Below, one piece after another: positions 1 through 11,654 of a stretch of 64,000 nucleotides of DNA (within the stretch, counting starts at the first letter, position 1; each line of letters begins with the position of its first letter). Source of the DNA: Lama guanicoe (Eukaryota); the NCBI GenBank assembly GCA_013239625.1, contig MU053876.1:237394-301393 (forward strand), given 5' to 3'. The position numbers and the translations under genes are program-made. The notes under the pieces are model-generated. The model was not told the origin of the DNA, ran no database searches, and worked only from the letters and a program-made list of their open reading frames with translations.

Positions 1-79
1 GGCTAGGCTAATCAAGTACTGACAATAAATAGAACGCAGTATAATGACAACTTGTAAACTTTTTTTTAAACAATGACAG

Positions 80-138
80 GACCCATCTGAGGAAGACAGT
101 CCGAAGAGTGGAGATGTCCAGAGACTGAGCGTCTCCAG
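80..138 (+). CDS. AZI2: AZI2 (NAP1) internal coding exon, DPSEEDSPKSGDVQRLSVS(S)
   Basis: Acceptor gacAG at 78-79, donor AG|gtatga at 139. The 59-nt exon ends in phase 2, matching the next exon (AG+C=Ser). The peptide resembles human DPYQEDNLKSRDLQKLSISS as recalled. Confidence 0.9.
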
Positions 139-1822
139 GTATGACCGTTCTCCAGCGCTCAGGACAGTGCAGTCTTGTCCTGTAGCCTCTTTGTGCAGGT
201 TCCTAGACTTGTTATGATTTAACCTCAGATGGACACCATTTGGGTACTGTGTTTAACCTCTGATCACAAGAGACGCAGAGAAAATACTGAACTAATGCTT
301 AACAATAGGCTTGAACTTGAGAAGCAGAAAGGTGTATAATGTGATTCCTTAGACAGAATTTTTGCAGTTATACTTTAGACAGGGTAAATTTTAGGGAGCT
401 AGCAGTATAGATGTATTCTGTCATAAATTCTGATTTTTACATGAAGAATTATGTACTTCCCTATACAGCAATATCACTTTGCCTTTTTGGGGTGTGTGTA
501 GTTAATTATGTTTATTTATTAGTACCACTCTGTCTTGGGGGCAAACTTAGACACCCTTAGTCTTTGATATGACATGAATTTTAAGAGAACTATTCTCTTG
601 GGGTAAGAGTAAAAGTAGCAGAGTTTATGTATGGAATATTCAGCCTCTTTTTTTTCTCGAATATATATATATCATTTTTACTTAAGTAACACAAGTACGT
701 TTTGTCTGATAATTTCTGTTCTACTGTGTTAGTATCCCCTCTCTATAAAGATAGGTCTAGCCAATGAAAAAAATTTAAATTTGACTTGATTGTCTGATTG
801 TTTGGTTTCCAAAGTTTATTGGCCTAAAGTAAGTAATGTGAATTACCTCTGACCTATTCCTGTGGAAAACCTGACTGAGAGAAACGATCAATTAGGGGAA
901 GACGGTCGAGGAAGCACCAGGCGGCCCTGCTCCCGGCCCAGGGCGGCCCCCACCCCGTGTGAAGGGCCAGCAGTGAGGATGGCAGGCCTCGTGGGCCAGT
1001 CTCTTGCCCTTCAAACAGTAGCCCATATATGCCATCAGCTTGTATCCACATTTACAGCAAAGAGGCTTTTCCTTGTATTTAAACACGTGTCTAGTACAGT
1101 GTCCATGTAAATTATTTTTCAAAGTTGTCTGTCAGTTACTTTCTTTTTTCCTATCAGCCTAGGTTTCCCTTTATTAATTTTGTTGCATTTATCATTTTCA
1201 TAAGCCTCTTCAAACCATTTTTGGGAAGAAGCAGGGAACAAATGTGTTTACAGTCACAGTAGGTCAAAGAAAAGGGCTTGTATAGTGTGTTAGAACGGGA
1301 CTTCTGCTTCCATTCTCGGGCGACAGTACGTAGTTTGGATCACTTCTGTGAGAATAACTCGGAAAGCTGACACCACATAACTAACAAGATAGTGAGGAAT
1401 CTCTAGGCCAGGATTTGGAGGAGGAGGAGGAAGGCCCAAGGAGGTGAGCCTGGTTTCTGAGGCTGCAGGACTCTGTGCAGTGTTCGTTCTCTAAAGCTTT
1501 GTATTAATTCAGGCTCAGAGAAACAGATGTTAGAATTGCCTTGAGTTCAGTCTGAACGTCGCTGTATGCAAAAGAGCTGTACTAATTAAAGCACGCCCTC
1601 CTGGCTCCCTGGTGCTCGGGACACTGTGCTTTTGCAAACTGCTTTGCATTTATCTTCTGTAAGCAGAAGGCTTCCATCTCCCGGTTAGCAGCTAGAAAAC
1701 CAATAACCAACTTTGGGGCTTACCCTTGCTAAACTTTGCATCGTGCATTTTTATGTTAGCGTCACTCCTAACTGCATTCTGTCTTGCTTTCCCTTTGCCT
1801 TGTCATTTATACCTGCTTCCAG

Positions 1823-1874
1823 TTTAGAGTCCGCCGCTTTATTAATCTTTGTAAATTGCCTCATCCACTTTTAA
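1823..1874 (+). CDS. AZI2: Candidate alternative terminal exon of AZI2, (S)LESAALLIFVNCLIHF*
   Basis: Branch-like tcctaac at 1766-1772, then a ~49-nt AG-free pyrimidine tract and AG at 1821-1822. In frame with exon 80-138; TAA at 1872-1874; AATAAA at 2364-2369. Confidence 0.5.
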
Positions 1875-2036
1875 GTGGAACAATTCCATTGATAAATTAA
1901 GTTTACTATATTAGGAGAAAAGCACATAGGAATGTTTCCATAAAACCATTAACTAAAAGTTTAGAAATTTTTAAGGATGATTTTCCAGTTATTTGGAAAA
2001 TTCCCTTTCTTTCTATTTCCTTCATCACATTGCCAG

Positions 2037-2063
2037 GCAGGTGAAGTGGTACCATATTGCTTC
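2037..2063 (+). CDS. AZI2: Candidate 27-nt in-frame microexon of AZI2, (R)QVKWYHIA(S)
   Basis: Long pyrimidine tract ending ttgccAG (AG at 2035-2036); donor ttc|gtgagt at 2064; phase 2-2 with no stop codon. Confidence 0.5.
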
Positions 2064-2815
2064 GTGAGTGAAGCTTTTAATTACCTTTGACATGGCACTC
2101 TTTGTGCACAACTAGTAACAGGAGCAGCCCCGCCCGTCGGAAGCTCGGCCGGCGCTCGGCCGGCGCCCTGCCCGTGCGCTGGCTGGTGTTACCTCCGGTT
2201 GCTGCTCTCAGTGCTGAAGCCAGAGCTAGGGGTGGGGTAGCTTCTTAAAGTGCAGACTCTGAGCTTAGAAAATGGGGATTAAGTTAGTGGTTTTCACACT
2301 TCGTTGTGTTGCCTTAGTGATCATGAGATTTTGTGAGTTAGGACATGCATTTTTAAAATAAGGAATAAAACAAAACATCCCAGAATATGAGCTGCAGTGT
2401 GAAATGGCTGCCTGCTGTGCCGTTCAGTCAAAAATAGTTGAAAGGTGCTTGTCTGAGGGAATCACAGTTGGCAAAATACACACGTCTGCGTCTCTAGTTC
2501 TTGGCTAAGATGGTGCCATACTTTCATTTTAATTCCTCTGGGGAATATAATAGTTCAGTACATTTTCAAAAGCTGAAGAAAACTATGGCTGAAGTAAAAA
2601 CTTAAGTAGATTTTTCTTATACAAGGAACTTTCATTTCAGTATGAGAGTTGAATGTACAGTGTCAATTAAGAAAACAGCTTTTACACAGTTTTACTTTGT
2701 AAGCTGGGCGTGTCCCCCCTTCTTGAGATGTGGATAAGCAGGTTTCATTACATTTAAAATTCAGAGATGTGGAACTTTATACTGGACCTAGGAAGGCTGT
2801 GTTTTTGAGGGGGGG

Positions 2816-2878
2816 AGAGAGAGAGTGTGAGAGTGTGAGAGAGAGAGAGAGTGTGAGAGAGAGAGAGAGTGTGAGAGC
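2816..2878. repeat. Compound (GA)n/(GT)n microsatellite
   Basis: gagagagagtgtgagagtgtgagagagagaga... read directly. Confidence 0.9.
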
Positions 2879-5145
2879 TCCCAGGTGGCCAGGTCGGTCT
2901 ACGGATGGGCAGGGGCGCCTGTCCAGCGCAGAGTGAAGGCTCAGCCCTCATTACCAGTCTATCTCATCTGTCTTACTGTCTCGGGTTCTCATTTGGGATA
3001 CTTTGTGCTGCATCTCAGTGTTCAAGTGGTTTTTAAGTTCTTTATAAAATTTATGTATGGCCTTAGGATGCTGCTCGTGTGGCATTTAGAGCAAAACTAA
3101 TTTACGCTCCCCGATGGTGGGGGCAGAAGGGGAAGGTTGTGTCTCAGAAATACACAGGTCAGTCCAGGTTAGTTGGAGCTCTGCTAAAGATTTGTGGATG
3201 ACAGCTTTTCCAGTCTCACGTGAGTAATGATATAAACATTTTGTTCAAGTACAATTTTACAAAATTAACACACTTTGAGGACTCCAGCGCTTTTCTATGA
3301 ACTGTAAAGCGCAAAGTAACTGCCATTACTCTGTTTCCCACAAGAGGGAGAGCTCGTACTTAGTAATGACTAGATTTTTCTGTCTGTAGTTTTCAATTCA
3401 GGTGACGTTAAGGGCAAAAGAAAACAATCTGATGTATGTTAAACGTGGTGACCTAGTTTTTGAACTTGAATTGGAAGGTGTGTATAGATGCTGCTCTCAC
3501 ACCTCCGCTGTAATTGTTCCTGCTGTGTCTTACATGCTTGGCTGCAGTGCTTAGACACTGTCTGCAGTATTGCTTTTCTTTTCTCCAAGTCAGGCACTGA
3601 TGTACCATCTCAGGCCAGTAATAAACCACTGGCTCTGAACTGCAGTGTTCACACTTCCCTGCTGCGCAGTGTGAGGGGCTCTTTGGAAAGCATACTGAAT
3701 GCCCCGAGCTGCACCCAGGCACCGCCCGCTCTCTCCACACTTCACACGGGCTCCTCTGAGGAACGCTCACCGTGACACGCATCTCAGACGTTGACTGGGG
3801 AAGAGAGGTGGCTACCTTAAGTTTTGTGAAGCAATTATTTCACACCTGTCAGAAACTTGCAAAAATCCCCGTGTTCTTTAATAGACCACTGGTTAACAAA
3901 TGACGCTGACAACAGACTAAAACAAGTAGAGTTTTCTCAAAAGCAGTGTAAAGTTTATTCTCCTGCTTCTAATGAAAGAATTGTAGTCTGAGTGGCATGG
4001 AAATGTTTTGACCAAAAGTTATGTAATTACATAATTGAGAATACTTCTGTTTTCGACTGTATCTCTTTCGATAATTGATAAGCTGTTAGATTTAGGTATC
4101 AAGTGTTATCCTTGAAGTTTCTTCAAAGGTTTTTGTTTGCAGCTAGACAAAGATTGAAGCATGAAGTGATATGTTTATCTAATTTGATTTCATTATTACT
4201 AAAATTACACTAATATCTTTAAGAGGCAATAATGGTAATTTGAACACTATGAGATCAGCTGTTCGTACATTTCATATTTTATGTATTCTGGTGCAGCAAA
4301 GTAAGGATAAATGCTGAAGATTCTGTTTTACTTAGTTGGCAGTTAAGAACATGGAAAAGCAAAAATTATGAAAATCCAGATAGGAATGCTTAATGGAAGA
4401 TGAACTTAATAAAATTAGGTTTAAAATAACTGATTTATAATTTGTTAGATAACTGAGGTAGAGTAGTTTTAACCATAGAATGAGACGTACCATAAAGTTT
4501 TATGTGTTTGCTGTATCCCCATCTCTAGCTCCCGTTCCTTCCTCAGGAAGTCATCTGGCTCCCCAGGTCCTCTGCTGTCAGGTCACATTGCCTCAGAGCC
4601 AACCATATGAGACAGCCCAGTCAGACATAAAAGAATGGAATACATGAAATCTAAATTTTATTTTAATGTGGGCTTGGGTACACGCTCAGCAGTTCATAAC
4701 AGCACTTCAATTTACAACATCAGAACAGAGTAACCAAACACAGATTTAAAATCCATACATGAGTGACTGTCACTTCATTCCTGATCAGATTTGCAAATGA
4801 AGAACATATTCCTTACCATTAAATATATGAACAGCACTGCCTATCACAGGCTGTCACAACACCTCAGTTCTGAGAGGAGGACTATTAAATTCGTTGGCTA
4901 AACTTTTTAAAATACCTTCTGTTTAATATAGTTCAGTTAATTGCTAACAATTAGGTCGGTACTATGAACAGCGTCTTTTCACTTATTATAATGCTCTAAA
5001 TATTTCAGTTACTTAATAAAGTTAATTTATATTTCAAAACTAATTTGAGCAGAAATGCAGATAAGCTCATTTCTGTTTTACAGTTATTCCCTCTGTCCAC
5101 AGAATAACAACCGTTAACTTTTTTTTCTTAAACCCTGTATTTCAG

Positions 5146-5264
5146 CGCTAACATGCAAAGCGCATACTGGGACCTGAAGAGAGAGATGTCTAATTTACAT
5201 CTGGTGACGCAAGTGCAGGCTGAGCTGCTCAGAAAGCTGAAAAGCCCCGCCGCAGCCAGGAAAG
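5146..5264 (+). CDS. AZI2: AZI2 penultimate coding exon, encoding the TBK1/IKKepsilon-binding domain
   Basis: ANMQSAYWDLKREMSNLHLVTQVQAELLRKLKSPAAARK matches the NAP1 TBK1-binding helix. Acceptor tttcAG at 5144-5145; donor AAG|gcaagt (GC type) at 5265; 119 nt, phase 2-1. Confidence 0.96.
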
Positions 5265-7525
5265 GCAAGTCAGGCTCTGCCGGGAACCGCCGATTCCAGC
5301 CAGACTGCTCAGAGAGCAGCCCGGCTCGCTCGCGGGTCTTATCGAAAATCTCATCAGACGCGCCCGATGAGGCGGCGTGTGCGTGGCGGCCCGCCGGCCA
5401 GCTTCACACGTAGAGGTGTCGCCGCTCTGTGCTGTCCGCAGGGCTGTGTCCTTTCCCCTTGTGGCTTCCTTCTCAGCCAAGTGTTGCTTCTGTGTTTAAG
5501 GCCGAGGTGTTAAGTTTGCTCTCATTGACCTTTTGCCACAGCGACTTCATATATTTGTTTAAAAAAAGGCACCAAGACACCAAAAGCTGTTTTTCGTCGC
5601 AGTGCTATAGAAAATCCCAAAGAGCTGGCTCTTTAACTTGTCTTTAAAAAGATAACTGATTGATCAGTTGGTTATTTTCAGGGTTTTTTTTTTGTCAACT
5701 GAATTTTGCTTTCCATTAAGGATAGGCTGTTGAGGATGGAGACTAGGTGCTGTTTATTTAGCCCTTCCAACCAAAACCTCCCATTGCTTTGTTTCTCATA
5801 TTTAACTGCTTGGCTGACTAAACCCTTTGAGGTTTGTGTTCACCAGTAGTGGCTGCCTCGCCAGAGCTATTTTTATCCCTCAGAGAAAAATCAGTTTGTT
5901 TATACCACACCTAGCTGTATTGCGTAAAGCTGCGTGATACGAATTGGAGCGCCCTAAAATTTATTTTTAAAGAATGAGATACGACTTTTTAATTTAAAAA
6001 AAAATCATTTATTTAAAATTGCTATTTACACCTCAAATTGTTCCTTAAGAGGGCACAAGAGATTTTAGAAATAGTTCTCCTTAGGGATGTTTACTGGGGA
6101 CAGGAAGGTTGCACACTGGGATGGAAAACTAAATTCAGATTCCTTTCCTTATGAGTCAGCACGATAGCAAGGTGCTTCGGCAGCCCTGACGTGATCCACC
6201 TTTCATTTTGCCCTCAAGGTTTCCAGTGGCCAGAGTTACATATGAGACGACTTTAAGTTGACAGAAGAAATAAGATGTCTCTTAAAAGAGACTCATAGAG
6301 TAATCTTTCAGTGAGTTTTCAGTGTGGCTCTTAAATACTGAGTAGAGCTTACAGAAAGTAATACAGGAGAAATGTTCTTTTTCCTGTTTGGAAATGGCTC
6401 ATGCTTGGGTCCCTTCTGAGCTGGGGCATGAGAAATCGTTTGAACCATGAGTTTTCTAGCACTTTTCCTAGACGTGCCAAGGGCTCGGGGCCAGCGCGCC
6501 TGGCACAGAGCTCAGCGCTTTGCAGGACAGGAGACCGGATCCCCTTTTCTCCAGCCTGCATCTCAGCTGGTCCAGAAGCTGAGCCACGCCGCCTCCTCCC
6601 AGGGACAAGGCAGTGAGCTTATGTGATCACGCGGTTGGATTTCCTCCTCCTCTAGAACTGCAGGGTCAGCCTTCGTGCACTTGGTACCATCTCAGAGACG
6701 CACTTGTCTTGTCTTTGCTGCCCGGGCAGGATGTGAGGCGGAGGGAAGGCTCCTGCCCCCGCTGTGTGCTGTGGGTGAACGACTTGAGAGCAGTTGGGTT
6801 TCTCATCGTTGAATGTATACGAAACACATTTTCCTTGCTGGGGTTTTTTGTTTTTCTTTTTTAATTTCACCTGTATTGCGACCATTGCAGAATTTACATT
6901 TACCATTATGCGTATTTTATAAGACATAAGAGCATCTTACAACTTTTTATTCACACAGTTTTTTCCATAAAAAGCCTTTTAATACATGTTAACTTCATTT
7001 GGGTCTCACCAATTCACAATGTAATTATTTCTGGAAAAGATTTGTTTTTGGACCACCTATGGAAGAGAGATTTGAGTAAAAAAAGAAATATTATATTTAA
7101 TACAGTTACTCAAACCAAGGAGTAGCATCCTTGGTTCCGTACTGATGCACAAACATGCTGCAAGGCTTCTCTGGCCACACTGAGAGCCAAGAACAGGGTC
7201 TCTAATTGGTTTCTAACTTTTTAAAAAGGAACTTCTTCACCTGCAGTATGAGACAGGTGGGACAGGACTACTGGGGCCATTTTGCAAGCAAGGAAAGTGG
7301 CGCCTGGAGCAGTGAAATGTCACAGAGTCTGTAAACAGCTGATCCAGGATTAGGATGAGACCATTTGTCATCTGTGTGCAGGTCACAGACCCCCAGTGAG
7401 GGCAGTGACGTGGACACGCTTATTTTATTTCCCGTCCCAGAATCACCCAAACGAATGACACGTTTATGTGTTTTATGATCGTAAATGCCACGACAGCTGA
7501 CCTTCCGCCTGTGCTTGCTTTTCAG

Positions 7526-7926
7526 CCTGTGCCAGGGCAGGACGTGCGGAAGACGGCACGGACCTGCCCCTGCCGCCGCTGACCGCAGCGCACGCCAGAC
7601 CACCGCTGCGCTCCCCGGACGGCAGGCCGCTGTGTCCCGCCGCTCCCTCCCCTCTGCCGGGAGAGGCCAGGGCTTTATCAGAGCGGGCCGTCCTCCAGTC
7701 CTGGACAGACAACGAACACTCCATTCCTCACGACAGCACGCACTTTCAGGAACACAGTTCTTACGGCAGGAATTCTCTGGAAGACAACTCTTGGGTGTTC
7801 CCGAGCCCTCCCAAGTCAAGTGAGACAGCGTTTGGGGAAACTAGAAATAAAACTTTGCCTTTACCCAGCCTGCCACCACTGCATTACTTGGACCAACGTA
7901 ATCAAAACTGCCATTATAATAATTGA
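7526..7926 (+). CDS. AZI2: AZI2 last coding exon
   Basis: Acceptor ttttcAG at 7524-7525. Translates (A)CARAG...LQSWTDNEHSIP...EHSSYGRNSLEDNSWVFPSPPKSSETAFGETRNKTLPLPSLPPLHYLDQRNQNCHYNN, with TGA at 7924-7926. This frame is absent from the ORF track because it has no start codon. Confidence 0.96.
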
Positions 7927-9590
7927 TTTCTGAGGCGACTCCTGGTTTGGTCACGAGGTTGCTGTACCTCCCTCAGTGGCTTTGGGAAATCATTAACAGA
8001 CTGAAGGCAGATCTTTGATGACACCCGCAGAGTTGCTCAGTCTGTGCGTTTGCACACGGCGTACCATGTCGCGTGGTCGACTTCTTGGTGGGAAGGAGCG
8101 CGTGCCGGCTCACGCTGTGGTTGAGAGGCTCCTGCCGGGTGAAGTGATAAACTTCCGGGGTTTCCACGTGACACCTCTGCCTTGGATGATACAAATTTCT
8201 GCCTCTCACATGAATAGAATTGAAAGTTTTCAGGCATGGTTTTACAAAGCATATGAAATGCCTAAATACCCATTCATAAAAATAAAGGAGACCATTAGAT
8301 CAGAGAAATATCGTAAGTTGCTGTAAGTTGCACTAAGGAGTAAATGGCAGTGTGAGCTGGTTATATTTTAATACTGCGTATTATAGTGGAACAGCAGTAT
8401 CTGGCATATTCCATCCACATGTGCTCCTGTGTCTCAGACTTTAACATTTAAAATCATTCTTTAATCACAGTGTTGATAAAACTGAAAATTACAGCTTGGA
8501 CTTTTAAGACTTGAAATAACCTGCTGATTGAAGTCCCGCTTTGTCCCAGTACATCACTCAAATCCTAGTTGAAAAAAAGTTGCAAAAAAACTAGTTGAAA
8601 AACCACGTGGCATGTGAACAAGTGATTACAGTCCTCCACATTATCCAGTTAGACGTAGGAACAGCATCGCAAAGGTTTCCGTCTGACCCCGTCCCTTGCG
8701 GTGTTCTGTAATGAAAACCTAAATGTGTGTGTGACTGTGTGATGTCTACACCCACTTGTTACATAGAGCCGCTTAGAAACTGGCCAGCTCTGTTCTCAAA
8801 TAAAATGGTTTACTTACTGAGAAAGTGATTTTTAAGAAGCTGAATTAGGAACTTCAATTCTAGAAACCAAATTCTGTGCTGTATTGATACATGACATAGT
8901 ACAGTCACGAAATGTCCCCAGAATGTTCTGATTCTAGTGGGCCTGCCTGTCATTTATAAACAAGCAAAGAAATACCAAGGATGACTTCACAAGGCAATTT
9001 CTCTGTGTTCTTTCAGGGTGGTGGTATTAAGAATATTAGTAACACGTTGCTGTAAACCTTTTGCTTGAGAGAAAGTGTTTCACGTAAAAGGCCTTTATCC
9101 TTTCTGATAGACAGTTTCAAACACCCTGAACTCAATATTTCAAGTCTTTTCTGTATTAACTGAATAGCATACACATATAAACAGTGTTCACCATTCACCG
9201 GGTATTTTTGTCTTTCTATTATCTTACTTATTCAAGCTCGTCTGTGATTAATGGAGTTGGTGTCAGATGCTGGAATTTATTCTGACCAATGAACACAGCT
9301 AACTCAAGGGAGTACAATCTCCTGCCAAGTAATAGAACAAAACCCAATATGCATAAAACAAATACCAGGCTCCAGGCTTTAGCGGAAGGAAGCAACTACC
9401 TGTGTAATAACAAAGCAGCAGCAACCGTTTCTCATGTGGCTGGACAGGCTGTATATTCTAATCCTAATGTAGCTTACTGGTCTGCCTTTTTAAAAACCAA
9501 GATTGGAAATTTTCCTGGTAAAGATATTAAGTCGGGTGACACAATGGCTTGATTAATGTTTTGAACAATGCCAAGACATTGTTTAATGAG

Positions 9591-9596
9591 AATAAA
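9591..9596 (+). terminator. AZI2: Probable AZI2 polyadenylation signal (AATAAA)
   Basis: AATAAA followed by U-rich sequence ~1.7 kb after the stop codon. Other AATAAA hexamers occur near 8281 and 8799. Confidence 0.45.
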
Positions 9597-11648
9597 TTAT
9601 TTTTGTTTGACACTGAAGTGGATGTGAAATACTGTCCTTGCCTCTGTATTCCAAGGTCACATGCTAATTATTAGTTGTTAATTTCATCCATGTAGCAGAC
9701 ATTTGTCTTGCTAAACCAACTTTTGAATGGAGACAGTGCTTTTGCATCTAAACAGCAGGGTAGCTGTGAAACAGGAATGTTGGAAAATCAGTGAGTCCCT
9801 GACAGTTTAAAGTGCTAAAGAAATGACCAAAAGCTCTTGAGGAACGATTAACCAAGTCACTTTCCCCAGTCACAAATTTTTAAATGTACACTCAAGATCA
9901 TGCCTGTTATTGGTAAGACTCAGAAGAATGGCCGTCTGTGGCTTCCTGTCTATTTAAAATGGAAAACTTTGTTGACTTTTTTCACATTAGCTGAAACTTG
10001 CTCCAGATTGCTTTAATCCTCAGATTTTTATAAGGAAAACCCAATTCAGCACATCCGTAACTCAGCAGAATGAAGAGAACACAGGTAACAAAAAAGGCCT
10101 CTGGATCCCCCGTTAGCTAAAATAAGTTTCATCTTCTCTGAAAGGAAACCGAGGTTCTGCTGAAACAGAACCTAGCGTCAGAGCGGAGCAGCGATGCACC
10201 CGTGTGAAGTGCAAGGAAACCAAGACAGTGGGGAAACTCGGACCTAACGCACTAAGGGCGGACGCTCGTGGGAAAAAAGCCACGGTCTTCTCCAGGAAAG
10301 CTCTGGAGGAGGTGGAAAGCAGACTGTCACTTGGAGGCGGGCTCAGGAGTGGACGGTGAAGAGCAATGAGCGAACTTACACCCTGTAGCCTGGGCTGCCC
10401 AGCACCTCTCGGGGAGAGATGTCCACAGAAACGAATTTTCCATATAAATGGAAGCTGGCCCCTCTGATGCTAATTAAAATCACAAAATAGCCTCACACCG
10501 TATACTCCACTAGCTTTTTAAAGTAACCATTTTACCCTTTCTTCATTTAAGTCATTAAAAACAAACGAATTCCTGGGCTCCAGGAAAGGCACCAGTACCC
10601 ACAGGCCGCCAGGGAGGGCGGGCCTGCGGACCCTTTGCTGTGGGCTCTCCCGGACTCCATGGGGCTCCTGTCAGGGTGCCAGGAAGATGTGGTCTCTGGG
10701 TTTCAAGTACGAGCAAGACAGTTCTATGGTCCACTCAAGAGCGACGCGTGAACACCCATTGGTTCTTTAGGGCCCTGCTTTGAACTAGATCTCAGATCTG
10801 TTTCATGGGGTTGGAGCCAAAGTTACCTCTTGTCCTAGCAGGTATTAACTCCTATTTGCAATTTTAATGAGAACTATGGAAATAAATATAAATTGTACTT
10901 ACCTGGAAGCTGGCTGCAGTGGCTATGGTGAAGCGTTAACAGAAAGAAAAAAAAGCAACTTCTAATATAAAAGCTCAACCTGGGACCAGATTACCGCATT
11001 GGGACAGAAATTCCTTACACTAGTTCCTGAAACTATTACTATGCTACAAAATGGTCATTCATGCTTACAAAGAAGACTGAAAAATTAGGTTAAAATATCT
11101 CTAGTAGCCAAGTTACCAGGTCAAGGAATGTAACAGTACATGTTAGGAAATTTTCCATGAAAGATGTTAAGTAAAACTAATGTAGAAACACCTGTCTCCT
11201 CGCCTGTGTTTCCAAACCAGCCTGTCCTGCTACTGGTGGCCGCTGGAAAGGGGCTCACCGTGTCTCAGGCACTGTCCTGCGGGCCCCACTCGCCTGCATC
11301 CTCAGGTCATCCTCGTGGTGATGGAGACTGGTATCCACGGCGGCTGAGCTGGTGGCGGCAGAGCCAGGCTCACAACCACTCTGGTCCACCGCTGCGTCCG
11401 GACGCCTTGGAGTGGAGGGCTGTCCGCTCCTGCTTCTCTCTGCTCCTGGCCCCTCCATCGGCCGTGAGTCTGTGCGCTGAGGAGGTAATTAGATTCTACT
11501 GGAAACCTAAGAATCAGTAGCAGTGTTAGAGAACCCCGGTTGTGGACCAATCTGTGAAAAATCCACCATGACCAGGCCACCCACCCCATTTCACTCCTTA
11601 CTCTTGTCCCATTTAATACACTTAACTTGGAAGTTCAAAAAAAAAATC

Positions 11649-11654
11649 TTTATT
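11649..11654 (-). terminator. CMC1: Probable CMC1 polyadenylation signal (AATAAA on minus strand)
   Basis: tttatt on +, ~120 nt downstream of the CMC1 stop, followed on - by a U-rich run. Confidence 0.65.

Noticed and set aside
854..1122. Cys/His-containing minus-strand ORFs in an AZI2 intron
   Set aside because: No recognisable homology, zinc-finger spacing or splice structure; likely chance ORFs over a small GC peak.
7268..7823. 183-aa minus ORF and 112-aa plus ORF
   Set aside because: Shadow frames of the GC-rich AZI2 last exon.
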